Assembly (NCBI GenBank): GCA_035650575.1
Contig: DASRHM010000114.1
Coordinates: 2,265 to 66,264, forward strand
Reading direction: 5' to 3'
Length of the DNA stretch: 64,000 nucleotides
Origin: Dehalococcoidia bacterium
GTDB taxonomy: Bacteria > Chloroflexota > Dehalococcoidia > DSTF01 > JACRBR01
The position numbers and the translations under genes were made by a program. A model generated the notes under the pieces. The model had not been told where the DNA came from. It ran no database searches and worked only from the letters and a program-made list of their open reading frames with translations. This document shows positions 37,818 through 51,081 of this stretch, one piece after another (the stretch's first letter is position 1; each line of letters begins with the position of its first letter).

Positions 37818-40800
37818 TCACGAACGTCCTCTCGTCTGTGGACCGCGCGATCGAGCGAAACGCCACTTGCCAGCCGCGAGTTGAGCGAATACTCTCTCTC
37901 TCTCTCTCTCTCTCTGCGTCAGCGCACTAGCAGGGGCAAGCCGCGCGGCCACCTCCTCCGCCGGCACCCAGTAGCGCGGGATGACGAGGCGGCGCGGGTC
38001 GCGCTTCTCGGCGGGCGTCAGCTCGCGGGCGTTGCCCTTCTTGCGGTCGTCCTCGCCGACGCCGTCGAACGTGGCGAAGCGGTGGTCGTACTGGTGGAAG
38101 AGCTTCGCCTCGTAGAGCGGCAGGTACGTGCGGCCGTCGCCGTGGCGGAAGACGTTGCCCTCCAGCGCGAAGCCTTCGGCGCGCAGCTCCGCCGCCGTGC
38201 GGAAGAGATGCGAGTCGTTGGACATGTCGAAGAGGCGCTGGAAGCTCACGCCCCACGAGTTCTCCTCGCCCTCCCCATCGCGCGCCTCCCGCACGAAGAC
38301 GCCGGCGCGGCGGTAGAGCTTCGCGGCGATCTCGGCGTCGCGGCGGCTGCGGAACGTGGGGGCCGTGCGCGTGTTCGGGTTGAACAGCGCGAAGTCGGCG
38401 GGCGCCAGCGTGAAGCGGCGCTCCGGGTCGCGCACGTGGGCGACGTCTGTGCAGAAGAACGCGAACTCGGCGGGAGGCGCGTCGCCGTCGGGCGCGCCGC
38501 GCAGGGTCAGGAGGCAGAACTTGATGCGGCTATCGATGCCGGGGAAGATTCCCTCTCGGTTCTCGAAGTCGAACAGGCTGGCCAGTCGCCCGGAGCCGGC
38601 GAAGCTCGCGAACAGCTCCTTCGTCGTGTCGTCGGTCGCGACGCCGCTCGGGCAGATCACGCCGCTCCGGCCGTTGATATGCAGCAACGCGTGGTCTGCT
38701 TCCACGAAGACGGCGTAGAGGTTCACATCGCCGCGCCCGCCCAGGGGGAATCTGCCGGACTGGCGCAGGAACGCGCTCGCTTTCTCCGCAGTGCGCTGCG
38801 CTTCGTTGAACTCCGCGAAGAGCTGCTGGTCGGCTGCCTCCGTCGAGCGTGCGAGCGCCTCGATCATGCGCTTGCGCGAGGCGGCATTCGGCGCCTGTGC
38901 GATGTCCCGCGAGCGGCTCGCGAAGAACTCCTGCTGCGAGAGCTTCACGCGCTCCCACGGCGGGTTCCCCAGCACGACGTCAAACCCGCTCTTCAGCTGC
39001 ATGATGTCGGGGAATTCGAGCGGCCAGTGGAAGAAGCGCTGTTTCTCGCTGAAGGCGACCGCTTCGCCCACGAGCTGGGCGTCGGCGGCGTTCGGCTGCA
39101 GCAGGTAGCGCCGCACCGTGTCGGTCGTCGGGACGCGCGCGGCGCCGCGCAGCGGCGCGAAGAACGCATAGGTCCAGAGGTCGCAGGCCGTCTTCCACTG
39201 CCACCACGCCGTCCCGCGGCCGCGGATGCGCTCGTACAGCTGCTCCTTGCGGTGGACGTCGTCCGGCGTGCGCTCGTCGGTCGCGGCCAGCCTGCTGAAG
39301 GCGTCGGCGAGCTGGCCCTGGCCGTCGATGCCGCTCACCTCGACCAAAGCCGTCTGCCCGGTGCGCTCCTCGCGGTTGCGCTTGCGGATGGCCGTCGCGG
39401 CAGCCTTGTCGTCGCCGGTGACCGGCTTGTACGCGTCGTCCGGGATCCCCTCTTCGAGCACCTTCAGGTCGAACACGCCGACCAGGCTGTCGCCGCATTT
39501 GATGTGGTGGTCGAGGAAGTTCAGCGGTAGGCCGGCGTTGTGGCCCTCGATCCAGAGCGCGACCTTGCAGAGGTCGACGGCCAGCGGGTTCTTGTCGACA
39601 GCGTAGATGCAACTGCGGATGACGTCGCGCAGCGCCTCGCGGTACTTCTCCGGCGGCGGCTCTTCCTCTTCGACGCGGGTCTTCGCCAGTTCGGTCGCGA
39701 TCTTGCGCGCGGCCGCGAGGAGGAAGTGACCCGAACCCGCCGCCGGGTCGCACACCCGCAGCGCCAGCAGCGCCGCCTCGCGCTCGGCCTTCGTCTTCGC
39801 GCCGCGCAGCCGCTCCTCCATCACCGGCACGAGCGCGCTCTCGATGAGCTCGCGCACCAGCTCGGGCGGCGTGTAGTAGCTGCCGGTCTGCTTGCGCTCG
39901 CTGCCGGTGACCAGCGCGAACTGGCGGCGCTGCAGGTCCACCTTCGGGTGGAAGTCGAGCAGGCTTTCGTAGACGGAGCCGAACTCCTCGACATCGAGTG
40001 CCGCGTAGTTCACGCGCCGGCGCGGGCCTCGGCGGCGGCGCCGGCCCGACCCCTGCTCGTCGACGAACGTGGACAGGTGCCGGATAGCGCGCAGGAGGTC
40101 GGCGTTCGTGCAGACGGCCGGCTCCAGATCGCGGCAGGCGGGCTCGCCGAACAGCTCGCCGTCGAGCGCGCGCATGTCGAGCTTCCGCGCCACGTCGTCG
40201 TCGCGGAACATGCGGAACGTCTGCCGCAGCGAGATCCACAGGTCAGCGTGCGTATCGCTCGCGAAGTGCCGCTCGGCGCGGCCGCGCAGCCGTCCGATGC
40301 TGTAGTAGTCGGTGTAGATTTGATGCCGCTCCGTCGCAGCGACGTCCGGAGGGAAGATCAGCCGGCGCTCCTCGGCGACCATGAGGAACAGGAAGCGATA
40401 CACGAGACGCAGGAGCTGCCGGTAGTACGCCGTCGCATCGAGCGCGCCCGAGGACAGGCGCTCGCGCAGCGCCTCGCTCTCGGAATGGGCGAGGAAGGCG
40501 GTGCCGAGGACCTGGAGCGCCTGCTCGACGCCGTCGCGCAGCTTCTCGCGGACGCGGCCGCCCTGCTCGATGCCCTGCTGGTAGTAGCGTTCGAGCAGGC
40601 AGTCGCGCGGGTCGTCGCCGCGGGGGAACCGTGATGCGTGCAGGAGCCGGAAGAGCAGCGCGAACTCGCTGAAGAGGTTCGCGCCGATCATCGTCTCCAG
40701 GTCGAACTCGACGTACGTCGGCTTCGTGAAGATGTTGCTATCGCGCAGGAGCCGGAGCCGGCGCCCGTTCGTGACGATGCCCCAGAGCGCGTCGGAGCGG

Positions 40801-41248
40801 TTCAGGAACTCCTGCACGACGGCGTGCGACGTGCGGCGCGCGCTGCCGGCGCGGCGGTCCAACTCTTCGTCGAAGGCAACGACGTGCACGGGCGCCGCGT
40901 GCTCGCTCTCGCCCATGCGGTGCGAGATGAAGTAGCTCTGTCCGCCGGCCTCCGCCGAGGCGCGCTGCAAGACGAGCTGATAGCCGAGGCACTCGGACAG
41001 CAGGGGCACCACCCACGCCTCTCGCGTGATCGTCGTGGCGCTCTCGCGCGTGCGTTCAAGTCGGCGCTGGAAGGCGTCCCAGTAGAGCCGCGCGTCCGAG
41101 AAGGCCGACTGGATCTCGTCAGCCGGCCGGCGGTTGCCGTCGAGGCCGAAATCCGCCGCGCGCTGCCCCTCGGCGTCGCCGGCGGCGATGCTGTCGAGGA
41201 GGTCCGGCGGGAACAGCCCGCCCTCGAGCGTCACTGACGTCCACGCCA

Positions 41249-41249
<1 letters not shown>
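37818..41249 (-). CDS. PglX/DrmMI-like N6-adenine DNA methyltransferase (type IIG/IIL-like), 1143-aa reading frame truncated after an in-frame (AG)12 tract
   Basis: Motif I VCDPAAGSGHFLLAAARK, motif IV VLGNPPWERV, and N-terminal PglX-like region. Start ATG 41249..41247 overlaps the SNF2 stop (TGATG). Reading frame ends 24 codons after the SSR-encoded QRERERER. Confidence 0.8.
37892..37915. repeat. (CT)12/(AG)12 dinucleotide microsatellite inside the methyltransferase coding frame
   Basis: Perfect 24-nt dinucleotide run, encoding RERERER on the minus strand; a candidate slipped-strand phase-variation site. Confidence 0.9.
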
Positions 41250-44115
<2,866 letters not shown>

Positions 44116-44830
44116 GTCTCGTCGCGGCCCAGACTCGATCTCGGTCAGGCCGAGTCATCCGCCTACCGGGCGCCAGGCTGAACTCTGGTGCGTGGGCGCC
44201 GACCGAGTCGCTAAAGGGAAGAGGCTGCGTCGATGACCTTACGCATGTCTGAGCCAAACCGTCGGCAGGCCCGGCGACGAGGTGTCCGTCTATGGATATG
44301 ACTTTCCTCACACGTTGTGGTCGTCATCTATAGCCTAGGGCAGCTGACCGGACGCGACGGGAATATCGCCCCAGCGACGACCGATGCTGCAGGCAACTTC
44401 GTGATCGCTGGCGGCGTGCCGCGCGGGTTGTGCCCCGCCGCGTATATCATTCAGGCCGTGGCCATCGATTCCGGCTGGATGGCATCGGCTTCCTTCACAG
44501 TCACTCCATAACCACGTGGTCACGTCGCGCGGCATGGCTCCGTCCATCTCACGACCGCGCGTACCATTCCGGCTCAACCTCATAGCGCGGCCCGCCGGCC
44601 GATACCGGCAGCCGCTCTAACCTCCGGCGCGAGACGACCGAGTCGTCGCGGAAGGCGATCGTGCGGTCAGGCTGCGCGGCGTCGGGCAGCTCGGCCGACG
44701 GCGACGGGTCCACGGTACGCGCGGGTGTACGGGAATGAGCTAATTGCAGATGCCGGTCGAGAAGTTGTCGAGGTCGCAGACCCCGGTGGGCGGGCGGCGG
44801 CATCGGCGAAGACATAGGCATGGCGCGCGG

Positions 44831-44969
44831 CGGGCGGCCAGCATCGGCGCTGCGATGGCGCCGGCCCTCCGGAGCGCGTGCGCGGCGGCGCCGGGCGTGG
44901 TACAGGCGTGGGTGGAGGTGGCTGTGGAGCGGGAGACGAGACTCGAACTCGCGACCCTCTGCTTGGGAA
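44831..44969. repeat. Right 139-bp direct repeat of the island (attR-like), covering tRNA-Gly nt 32-76 plus the 94 nt downstream of the tRNA
   Basis: Pairs ungapped with 28231..28369 (10 mismatches). Confidence 0.85.
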
Positions 44970-45000
44970 GCAGATGCTCTACCGGCTGAGCTACTCCCGC
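44925..45000 (-). tRNA. tRNA-Gly (anticodon CCC)
   Basis: Reverse strand GCGGGAGTAGCTCAGCCGGTAGAGCATCTGCTTCCCAAGCAGAGGGTCGCGAGTTCGAGTCTCGTCTCCCGCTCCA; cloverleaf with 7-bp acceptor stem, TTCGAGT T-loop, encoded CCA, and anticodon loop CTTCCCAAG. Confidence 0.9.
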
Positions 45001-45262
45001 TCGTGCGGCTCCGGCACAGTCTAGCGCAGCCGGCGCGGGCGGCGTACCGATCGCGCCGGCCGTCGCGCCGCACCCGGCGGCGCCCCGCGCCCCGGGGCGA
45101 GCTCTTGGCCCAGCGCTCGAGGCTCGCACGAGGCGGCCGGCGGCGGGCGGGCTGCGGGAACGCTGTCCCTCTCGACGCATCACGCGCGCACCGTGCTCGC
45201 TGACTTGCGACGGCGCGTCGATACGAAGGCGGCCTCTTGGCGGGGCGGGCGGTCCCGGTCGT

Positions 45263-46057
45263 CTACTCGCGCAGGATGCGCTGGCGCTTCGGGAGGGCGT
45301 ACTTGAGCCCGAACTCCGTCGTCGCGGCGATGCGGATGCGCTCCGCCGCGTCCTCCACGGAGTCCGTCAGGTGCAGGCGATCGAGGTCGCGCTGGTCGAT
45401 CGTCCGGTTGGCGACGAGCGTCGAGCGCATGAAGTCGATCATCGGCTCCCAGAACTCGGTGCCCATCAGGACCACCGGGAAGTCCTTGATCTTCGCGGTC
45501 TGGATCAGCGTGACGGTCTCGAACACCTCGTCGAGCGTGCCGAAGCCGCCGGGCATGACGACGAAGGCGTAGCTGTACTTCACGAGCATCACCTTGCGCA
45601 CGAAGAAGTGGCGGAAGGTGATCCAGACGTCGAGGTAGTCGTTCGGCTTCTGCTCGAGCGGCAGCTCGATGTTGCAGCCGACGCTGCGCCCGCCTGCCTC
45701 CTTCGCGCCGCGGTTCGCCGCCTCCATGACGCCCGGCCCGCCGCCCGTCATGACCGTGAACCCGTCCTGCGCGATGCGGCGCCCGGCGTCGCGGGCGAGC
45801 GCGTAGTACGGGTGCTCCTCCTTGAAGCGCGCCGAGCCGAAGATCGTCACGCACGGCCCGACGAAGTGCAGCGTGCGGAAGCCGCGCATGAACTCGCGGA
45901 AGATGCCGATGGCGCTCATCAGCTCGGCCCGGCGGCTGCGCGGGCCGGCGAGGAAGTGCCGCTCCTCGGGGGTGGCCGATGCCTTGCCCCACTCGCGGCC
46001 GCCGGGCATCGCCTCCGGCTCGACGACCTGCTCGCGTCTCGCTCGCTCCTGCTCCAT
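45263..46057 (-). CDS. LOG-family protein (cytokinin riboside 5'-monophosphate phosphoribohydrolase / TIGR00730)
   Basis: TIFGSARF...GFTVMTGGGPGVMEAANRGA...FVVMPGGFGTLDEVFE conserved LOG motifs. Confidence 0.8.
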   Translation of the reverse strand: MEQERARREQVVEPEAMPGGREWGKASATPEERHFLAGPRSRRAELMSAIGIFREFMRGFRTLHFVGPCVTIFGSARFKEEHPYYALARDAGRRIAQDGFTVMTGGGPGVMEAANRGAKEAGGRSVGCNIELPLEQKPNDYLDVWITFRHFFVRKVMLVKYSYAFVVMPGGFGTLDEVFETVTLIQTAKIKDFPVVLMGTEFWEPMIDFMRSTLVANRTIDQRDLDRLHLTDSVEDAAERIRIAATTEFGLKYALPKRQRILRE

Positions 46058-46177
46058 GGCGCCGTCCTACGTTCTCGCCGAGAGGGTACGGCGGCGCGCG
46101 GGCGCGCGGAACCGGCGCCGTGGGTGGCGCGCGGCGGCTTCGGGCGCGATCCTGTGCTACGGACGAAGGGAGGCGGC

Positions 46178-46882
46178 ATGACGGTCCGGAAGTCGATGCG
46201 GTTCGGGATCGCGGCGGCGATGGCGGCGGGGCTCGCACTGGCGCTCGCGGCGTGCGGGGGCGGGGACGGCGACAAGACGCCGACGCCCGGCCGGTCACCG
46301 CTGCCGGGCGCGAGCGCGACGGCCGAGCGCACGCCGACAGTCGGCGCGACGCCGGGCGCGACGGCGAGCGGGAGCGCGCCGGCCGCCGTCGACCCGTGCA
46401 CGCTGCGCACCTCGCTCGAAGGCAATGCGCTCATCCCCGGGCCATCGTTCGCGCTCGCTGCCGGGTCGGCGCCGGGCGGGCAGCGGAAGTGGCAGCTCTG
46501 CGTCGGCGGCGCGGCGGCGGGGAGCTCCGAGAAGTATCTCTTCCGCACGACGGACGGCGGCGCGACGTGGACGCTGATCAGCCGCACGACGCTCGGCAGC
46601 CCGACGCCGGAGGCGGGCGTCGGCGACTTCCCGAACGGCAACGGCGTGACCGTGATCCTGTTCCTCGATGCGAACAACGGCTGGGTCGGGCTCAACAGCC
46701 CCGGCCGCAACCTCTTCCGGTCGACGGATGGCGGCGTCTCGTGGATGGCCAACACGGACATCCCGCCGGCGCTGCCCGTGACGTCGATCACCTTCAGCAG
46801 CGCGACGGATGGCACGGCCGTGACGCCGGACGGCAACTACGTGACGACGGACGGGGGTGACCACTGGGCGCCGGCGCCGTGA
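46178..46882 (+). CDS. Lipoprotein with BNR/Asp-box (sialidase-like/Ycf48-like) repeats
   Basis: GAAGGGAGG RBS; signal peptide plus lipobox LALAAC; two S-x-D-x-G-x-T-W Asp-box repeats (TTDGGATW, STDGGVSW). Confidence 0.6.
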   Translation: MTVRKSMRFGIAAAMAAGLALALAACGGGDGDKTPTPGRSPLPGASATAERTPTVGATPGATASGSAPAAVDPCTLRTSLEGNALIPGPSFALAAGSAPGGQRKWQLCVGGAAAGSSEKYLFRTTDGGATWTLISRTTLGSPTPEAGVGDFPNGNGVTVILFLDANNGWVGLNSPGRNLFRSTDGGVSWMANTDIPPALPVTSITFSSATDGTAVTPDGNYVTTDGGDHWAPAP

Positions 46883-47042
46883 GAGGTGAGGCCGAGGCGC
46901 GAGAAACGAGAGCGACGCGACCCGCGCACCGCGATGTCACCCTCAGCGCGACCGCAGGCGTCTCTTCGCTCGTGTCGCGCCGTCGGAGACATGGTGCGCT
47001 ACGCCGAGCACGATGCGCGATCGACCCTGAGACACGCAGCCG

Positions 47043-48305
47043 CTAGTAGAGCGCCTGGTCGATGATCGCCTGCGCGATCTCCTCGTCCGTGAGGCCCAGG
47101 ATCTCCTTGCACACCAGCTCGTTGTGCTCGCCCAGCAGCGGCGCGGGGGAACGCAGCTCGCCGGGCGTCTTCGAGAGGCGGAACGGCGGGCCATCGTAGG
47201 CGGTGCGCCCGGCCTCCGGGTGGTCCAGATAGACGTAGTAGCCGCGCGCCTTCAAGTGCTCGTCGGCATCGAGCACGTCGCGGGCGTTTTGCACGACGCC
47301 CGCCGGCACGCCCTTCGCCTGCAGCGCCTCCATCACATCCTCGGCCGTGCGTTCGCGCGTCCACTCCGTGAGCTTCTGCTCAAGCTCGTCCTCGTGCTGC
47401 TTGCGCCCGGCGTGCGTCGCGAAGCGCTCGTCCTGCGCCCACGCAGGGGCGCCCATCGCGTCGACCAGCGCCTGCCACTGCGCGTCGTCGAACACCGCGA
47501 TCGCGCACCAGCGGTCTTCGGGCTGGCCCTGCCACTCGTTGTCCTTGCAACGGAAGGCCCCGTGCGGCGCCGCGTGGGGCAGGCGGTTGCCGCTGCGCAC
47601 GTCGACGCGGCCGTTCACCGTGTAGTCCATCAGGGCGGGCGCGAGCGGCGCGACCGACGACTCGAGCTGCGCCAGCTCGATGCGCTGGCCCTTGCCGGTG
47701 CGCCGCTTGTAGTGCAGCGCGGCGAGGATCGCGACGAGCGTGTGGCCGGGGTTGATGACGTAGTCCGGGTAGTTCGTGCCGAGGCCCATCGGCGGGCGCT
47801 CGGGGAAGCCGCAGAGGTAGTTGTAGCCGGTGATCGGCGAGAGCACGGCGCCGAACCCCATGAAGTCGCGGTGGGGGCCGTCGCATCCCTGCATCGGTTG
47901 GTAGACGGCGATGATGTCGCACCGGAGCTTCACGAGCTCGTCGTAGGTCAGGCGCCAGCGGTCGATGATCCGCGGCGTGAAGTTCGTGATGAAGACGTCC
48001 GCCCAGGCGATCAGCCTGCGCGCGAGCGCGAGCCCGGTCTCCGTGTTCATGTTGAGCGTGAGGTCGAGCTTGCCCGCGTTGTAGTCGTTGAAGTAGCCGC
48101 TGACGTTGTACGTGTTCTTCCCCGGCGGGAACGGGCCGACGGCGCGCAGGCCGTCGAGGTGCGCCTCCGACTCCACCCGCACGACGGTGGCGCCGAACGT
48201 CGCGAGGTTCTCGGCGCAGATCGGGCCGGCGCCGAACCACGAGAAGTCTGCGACCTTGACCCCGGACAGCGGCTTGCCGACGGTCGGCTTCGCGTCGAGC
48301 GTCAT
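47043..48305 (-). CDS. Family III CoA-transferase (CaiB/BaiF family)
   Basis: LSGVKVADFSWFGAGPICAENLATFGATVVRVE N-terminus and conserved Asp region (ADVFITNFTP) typical of the family. Confidence 0.85.
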   Translation of the reverse strand: MTLDAKPTVGKPLSGVKVADFSWFGAGPICAENLATFGATVVRVESEAHLDGLRAVGPFPPGKNTYNVSGYFNDYNAGKLDLTLNMNTETGLALARRLIAWADVFITNFTPRIIDRWRLTYDELVKLRCDIIAVYQPMQGCDGPHRDFMGFGAVLSPITGYNYLCGFPERPPMGLGTNYPDYVINPGHTLVAILAALHYKRRTGKGQRIELAQLESSVAPLAPALMDYTVNGRVDVRSGNRLPHAAPHGAFRCKDNEWQGQPEDRWCAIAVFDDAQWQALVDAMGAPAWAQDERFATHAGRKQHEDELEQKLTEWTRERTAEDVMEALQAKGVPAGVVQNARDVLDADEHLKARGYYVYLDHPEAGRTAYDGPPFRLSKTPGELRSPAPLLGEHNELVCKEILGLTDEEIAQAIIDQALY

Positions 48306-48318
48306 CGCGTCACCTCCG

Positions 48319-49611
48319 CTACACCACGCCCTTCGCCCGCAAGGCGTCGAGCTCGGCGTCGGTCATGCCGAGTTCGCCGCGAAAGACCTCGAGGTTGTGC
48401 TCGCCGGGGAGCGGCGCGCGCCGGCGGACCTGCCACGGCGTCTCGGACAGCCGGTACGGCGGGCCGGGGTAGCGCAGCGTCTCACCGAGCTCGTCGTGCC
48501 GCACGTCCTGCAGCCACCTGCGGTACTCGAGCTGCGGGTTGATTACCAGGTCCTCCGGCGTCGAGACGATGCCGAACATCAGCCGCTGCTTCTGGCCTTC
48601 CTCGTACAGCGTCCATTTGGACATGCTCGCGCAGAACGCAGCGAACACGTCGTAGATGTGCTGCAGCGCCTTCAGCGCCTCCTGCAGCTTCGCCGGCTCG
48701 CTGGCGAGCGCCATCAGGCCGGTGAGATAGCGCAGGTTGAGCTGCCGGATCACGTCGACGTACGGCGGGTCGTTCAGGTCCGCGGCTTTGCCCTCGCGCG
48801 TCATCCACTCGAGCATCACCGGCCAGCCCGCGCCGCCCGGCGTGCCGAGGTACGCGAAGACGTGACCGTCGGCGCAGGGGTACACGCCGATCCCTGGCAC
48901 GTCGATCGGCAGCGCGCCGCGCGAGCCCGTGCGGGTACGGATCGCCTTCGTCATATCGTATGTCTGCATGGCGGTCTCCTGGTTGATGGAGATCGCCTCC
49001 TGCATGGAGACGTCGACGTGCTGGCCCTCCCCGGACTGGTCGCGCCAGAGCAGCGCCATCAGCGTGCCGGCCGCGGCCTGGATGCCGGCGCCGATGTAGC
49101 CCTGGTAGCCGAAGGGCATGTTCGGCGGGTCCGCCTTGTCGCCCGCCAGCGTCATCATGCCGCTCATCGCGACGCCGACGATGTCCGCCCATTGCCACTG
49201 CGCGTGCGGCCCGTCCTGCCCGAAGCCCGTGACCGACGTCATGATCAACTCTGGCCGCAGCTTCGAGAGCGCCGCGTAGCCGAGCCCCCGCGCGTCGAGC
49301 CAGCCCGGCGGGAAGGTCTCGATCAGCGCGTCGGCGCCGCGGACGAGGCGCTCGAACAGCGGGCGCGCCTCCGGGTGCGCGACGTCGAGCGTGATGCTGC
49401 GCTTGTTCGTGTTGAGATTGAAGAAATGCAGGCTGCGCTCCGGCGAGGGCTCGTCGTGGTAGAAGGGGCCCACGCAGCGCGCCGGGTCGCCGTCCGGCGG
49501 CTCCACGCGCACGACATCGGCGCCGAGGTCCGCGAGCAACTTCGCGGCGTACACGCCGACTTCGCCGGCGAGGTCGAGGACGCGAAAGCCTTCGAGCGCG
49601 GCCTCGGCCAT
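48319..49611 (-). CDS. Family III CoA-transferase (CaiB/BaiF family), paralog
   Basis: LEGFRVLDLAGEVGVYAAKLLADLGADVVRVE ... ADALIETFPPG; tandem with the previous gene. Confidence 0.85.
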   Translation of the reverse strand: MAEAALEGFRVLDLAGEVGVYAAKLLADLGADVVRVEPPDGDPARCVGPFYHDEPSPERSLHFFNLNTNKRSITLDVAHPEARPLFERLVRGADALIETFPPGWLDARGLGYAALSKLRPELIMTSVTGFGQDGPHAQWQWADIVGVAMSGMMTLAGDKADPPNMPFGYQGYIGAGIQAAAGTLMALLWRDQSGEGQHVDVSMQEAISINQETAMQTYDMTKAIRTRTGSRGALPIDVPGIGVYPCADGHVFAYLGTPGGAGWPVMLEWMTREGKAADLNDPPYVDVIRQLNLRYLTGLMALASEPAKLQEALKALQHIYDVFAAFCASMSKWTLYEEGQKQRLMFGIVSTPEDLVINPQLEYRRWLQDVRHDELGETLRYPGPPYRLSETPWQVRRRAPLPGEHNLEVFRGELGMTDAELDALRAKGVV

Positions 49612-49612
49612 G

Positions 49613-50794
49613 CTAGACGCTGGCCTGGACGCGCTTCGCGAGGCCGCCGGAGAGGATCTCCGCGGCCTCGCGCACCATGTCCTCGAGGATCTCGCGCGCG
49701 GGACGCGATTGGTTCAGCATCCCGGAGATCTGCCCCGCCGGGTTCATCAGCAGCTCGAGCCTGTCGGCCTGGCGGGCCGCCGCCATGATCTCGCCCGAGA
49801 CGATGCCCTGCATGCCCATCGGCAGCGCGTCTAGCTTCTTCGACTCCCAGTACTCGATCAGCGGGTTGTTGATGTTGCGCATCGTCTTGCCGCTGTAGAG
49901 CCGCGTCACGCGCGTGTCCTCCTCCGTGGCGGCGAGGATGCGCTGCTTGAGGACGTCGGGCCAGGTCGCCTCGCGCGAGACGAGGAACGCCGTGCCGACC
50001 CACACGCCGTCCGCGCCCATCGCGAGCGCGGCGGCGATGCCGCGGCCGTCGCCGACGCCGCCGGCGGCGAGGACGGGGGTCGGGGCGACGGCGTCGATCA
50101 CCTGCGGCAGCAGCGCCATGGTGCCGATGCGGCCGGTGTGGCCGCCGGCCTCGGTGCCCTGCGCGACGACGACATCGGTGCCGCCGTCCGCCACGCGGCG
50201 CGCGTTCTTCACGTTGCCGACGAGCGCGATGACCTTCGTGCCGTTCTTGTGGAACGCCTCGACGTAGGGCGCCGGGTTGCCGAGCCCGGATGCGAATACG
50301 GGCACCTTCAGGTCGAGGATCGCCTCGACCTGGCTCTTCGCGAAGTTGGGCCCGAAGCCGATGCGGCGGATGCCCTGCGACATCTCCTCTTGCGGCGGCT
50401 TTCCCTGCAGCCCGAACTCCTGCTCGGCGCTGGCGATGAACTCCTGGTACGGCTGCGGCAACACCTCGCGCAGGTTCGCGGGGAGCTTCGGCGCGGCGCC
50501 GGCCTCCGCCTTCTGGCCGCCGTTCTGGGGCGGCGCGGCGACGCCGGAGGGCAGCAGGATATCGACGCCGAACGGCTTCGACGTGAGGTCGCGGATGCGG
50601 TTCACCTGGCGCGCGATCTCGTCGGGCGGCATGCTCGCGGCGCCGACGATCCCGAGCCCGCCGGCCTCCGACACCGCGGCCACCAGCTCGGCGGTGGCGA
50701 CGCCGCCCATGCCGGCGAGCACCACCGGATATTCGATGTCGAGGATGTCGCAGATGCGGGTGCGCAGGACCGGGCGCGCCATGGCCACCTCCAT
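49613..50794 (-). CDS. Nitronate monooxygenase (NMO / 2-nitropropane-dioxygenase-like FMN enzyme)
   Basis: ICDILDIEYPVVLAGMGGVATAELVAAVSEAGGLG and VVAQGTEAGGHTG motifs; start at Met1 (50794) or Met5 (50782). Confidence 0.8.
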   Translation of the reverse strand: MEVAMARPVLRTRICDILDIEYPVVLAGMGGVATAELVAAVSEAGGLGIVGAASMPPDEIARQVNRIRDLTSKPFGVDILLPSGVAAPPQNGGQKAEAGAAPKLPANLREVLPQPYQEFIASAEQEFGLQGKPPQEEMSQGIRRIGFGPNFAKSQVEAILDLKVPVFASGLGNPAPYVEAFHKNGTKVIALVGNVKNARRVADGGTDVVVAQGTEAGGHTGRIGTMALLPQVIDAVAPTPVLAAGGVGDGRGIAAALAMGADGVWVGTAFLVSREATWPDVLKQRILAATEEDTRVTRLYSGKTMRNINNPLIEYWESKKLDALPMGMQGIVSGEIMAAARQADRLELLMNPAGQISGMLNQSRPAREILEDMVREAAEILSGGLAKRVQASV

Positions 50795-50942
50795 CTCCGG
50801 TGCACGCGCTGCGGCAAGAGCCGGAGATTCTTCCCCTGACGTACGGGTGAGGCCAATCTAGCGCCGCCCCTGCAGCCGTGCAACCGAACGCAGGGCGCGG
50901 CGCTGCGCGACGGCGAGGCCGCGTGGTAGGATGGGGCGCTGC

Positions 50943-51019
50943 GGGCGGTTAGCTCAGCTGGTTAGAGCGCCACGTTGACATCGTGGAGGTCACTGGTTCG
51001 AGTCCAGTATCGCCCACCA
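50943..51019 (+). tRNA. tRNA-Val (anticodon GAC)
   Basis: GGGCGGTTAGCTCAGCTGGTTAGAGCGCCACGTTGACATCGTGGAGGTCACTGGTTCGAGTCCAGTATCGCCCACCA; anticodon loop TTGACAT; encoded CCA. Confidence 0.9.
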
Positions 51020-51081
51020 TCCGCACGCACACCGGGGCGCCGAGCGGCGCCCCTTTTTCGCGCCCGGATCGGTCGCCGGCG

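Noticed and set aside
37892-37915. (CT)12 run considered as a possible CRISPR or regulatory element
   Set aside because: No spacer-repeat periodicity anywhere in the window. It is a simple dinucleotide SSR located inside a coding frame and is treated as a phase-variation tract.
44317-44511. 64-aa ORF MVVIYSLGQLTGRDGNIAPATTDAAGNFVIAGG...
   Set aside because: Isolated short fragment in the non-coding island end. It may be a gene remnant but there is nothing to support a functional gene.
44549-45203. ORFs (174, 147, 127 aa) overlapping tRNA-Gly
   Set aside because: They read straight through a tRNA gene and its flanking repeat, so they are not protein-coding.
48106-49788. 560-aa plus-strand ORF
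   Set aside because: Antisense to the two CoA-transferase genes.
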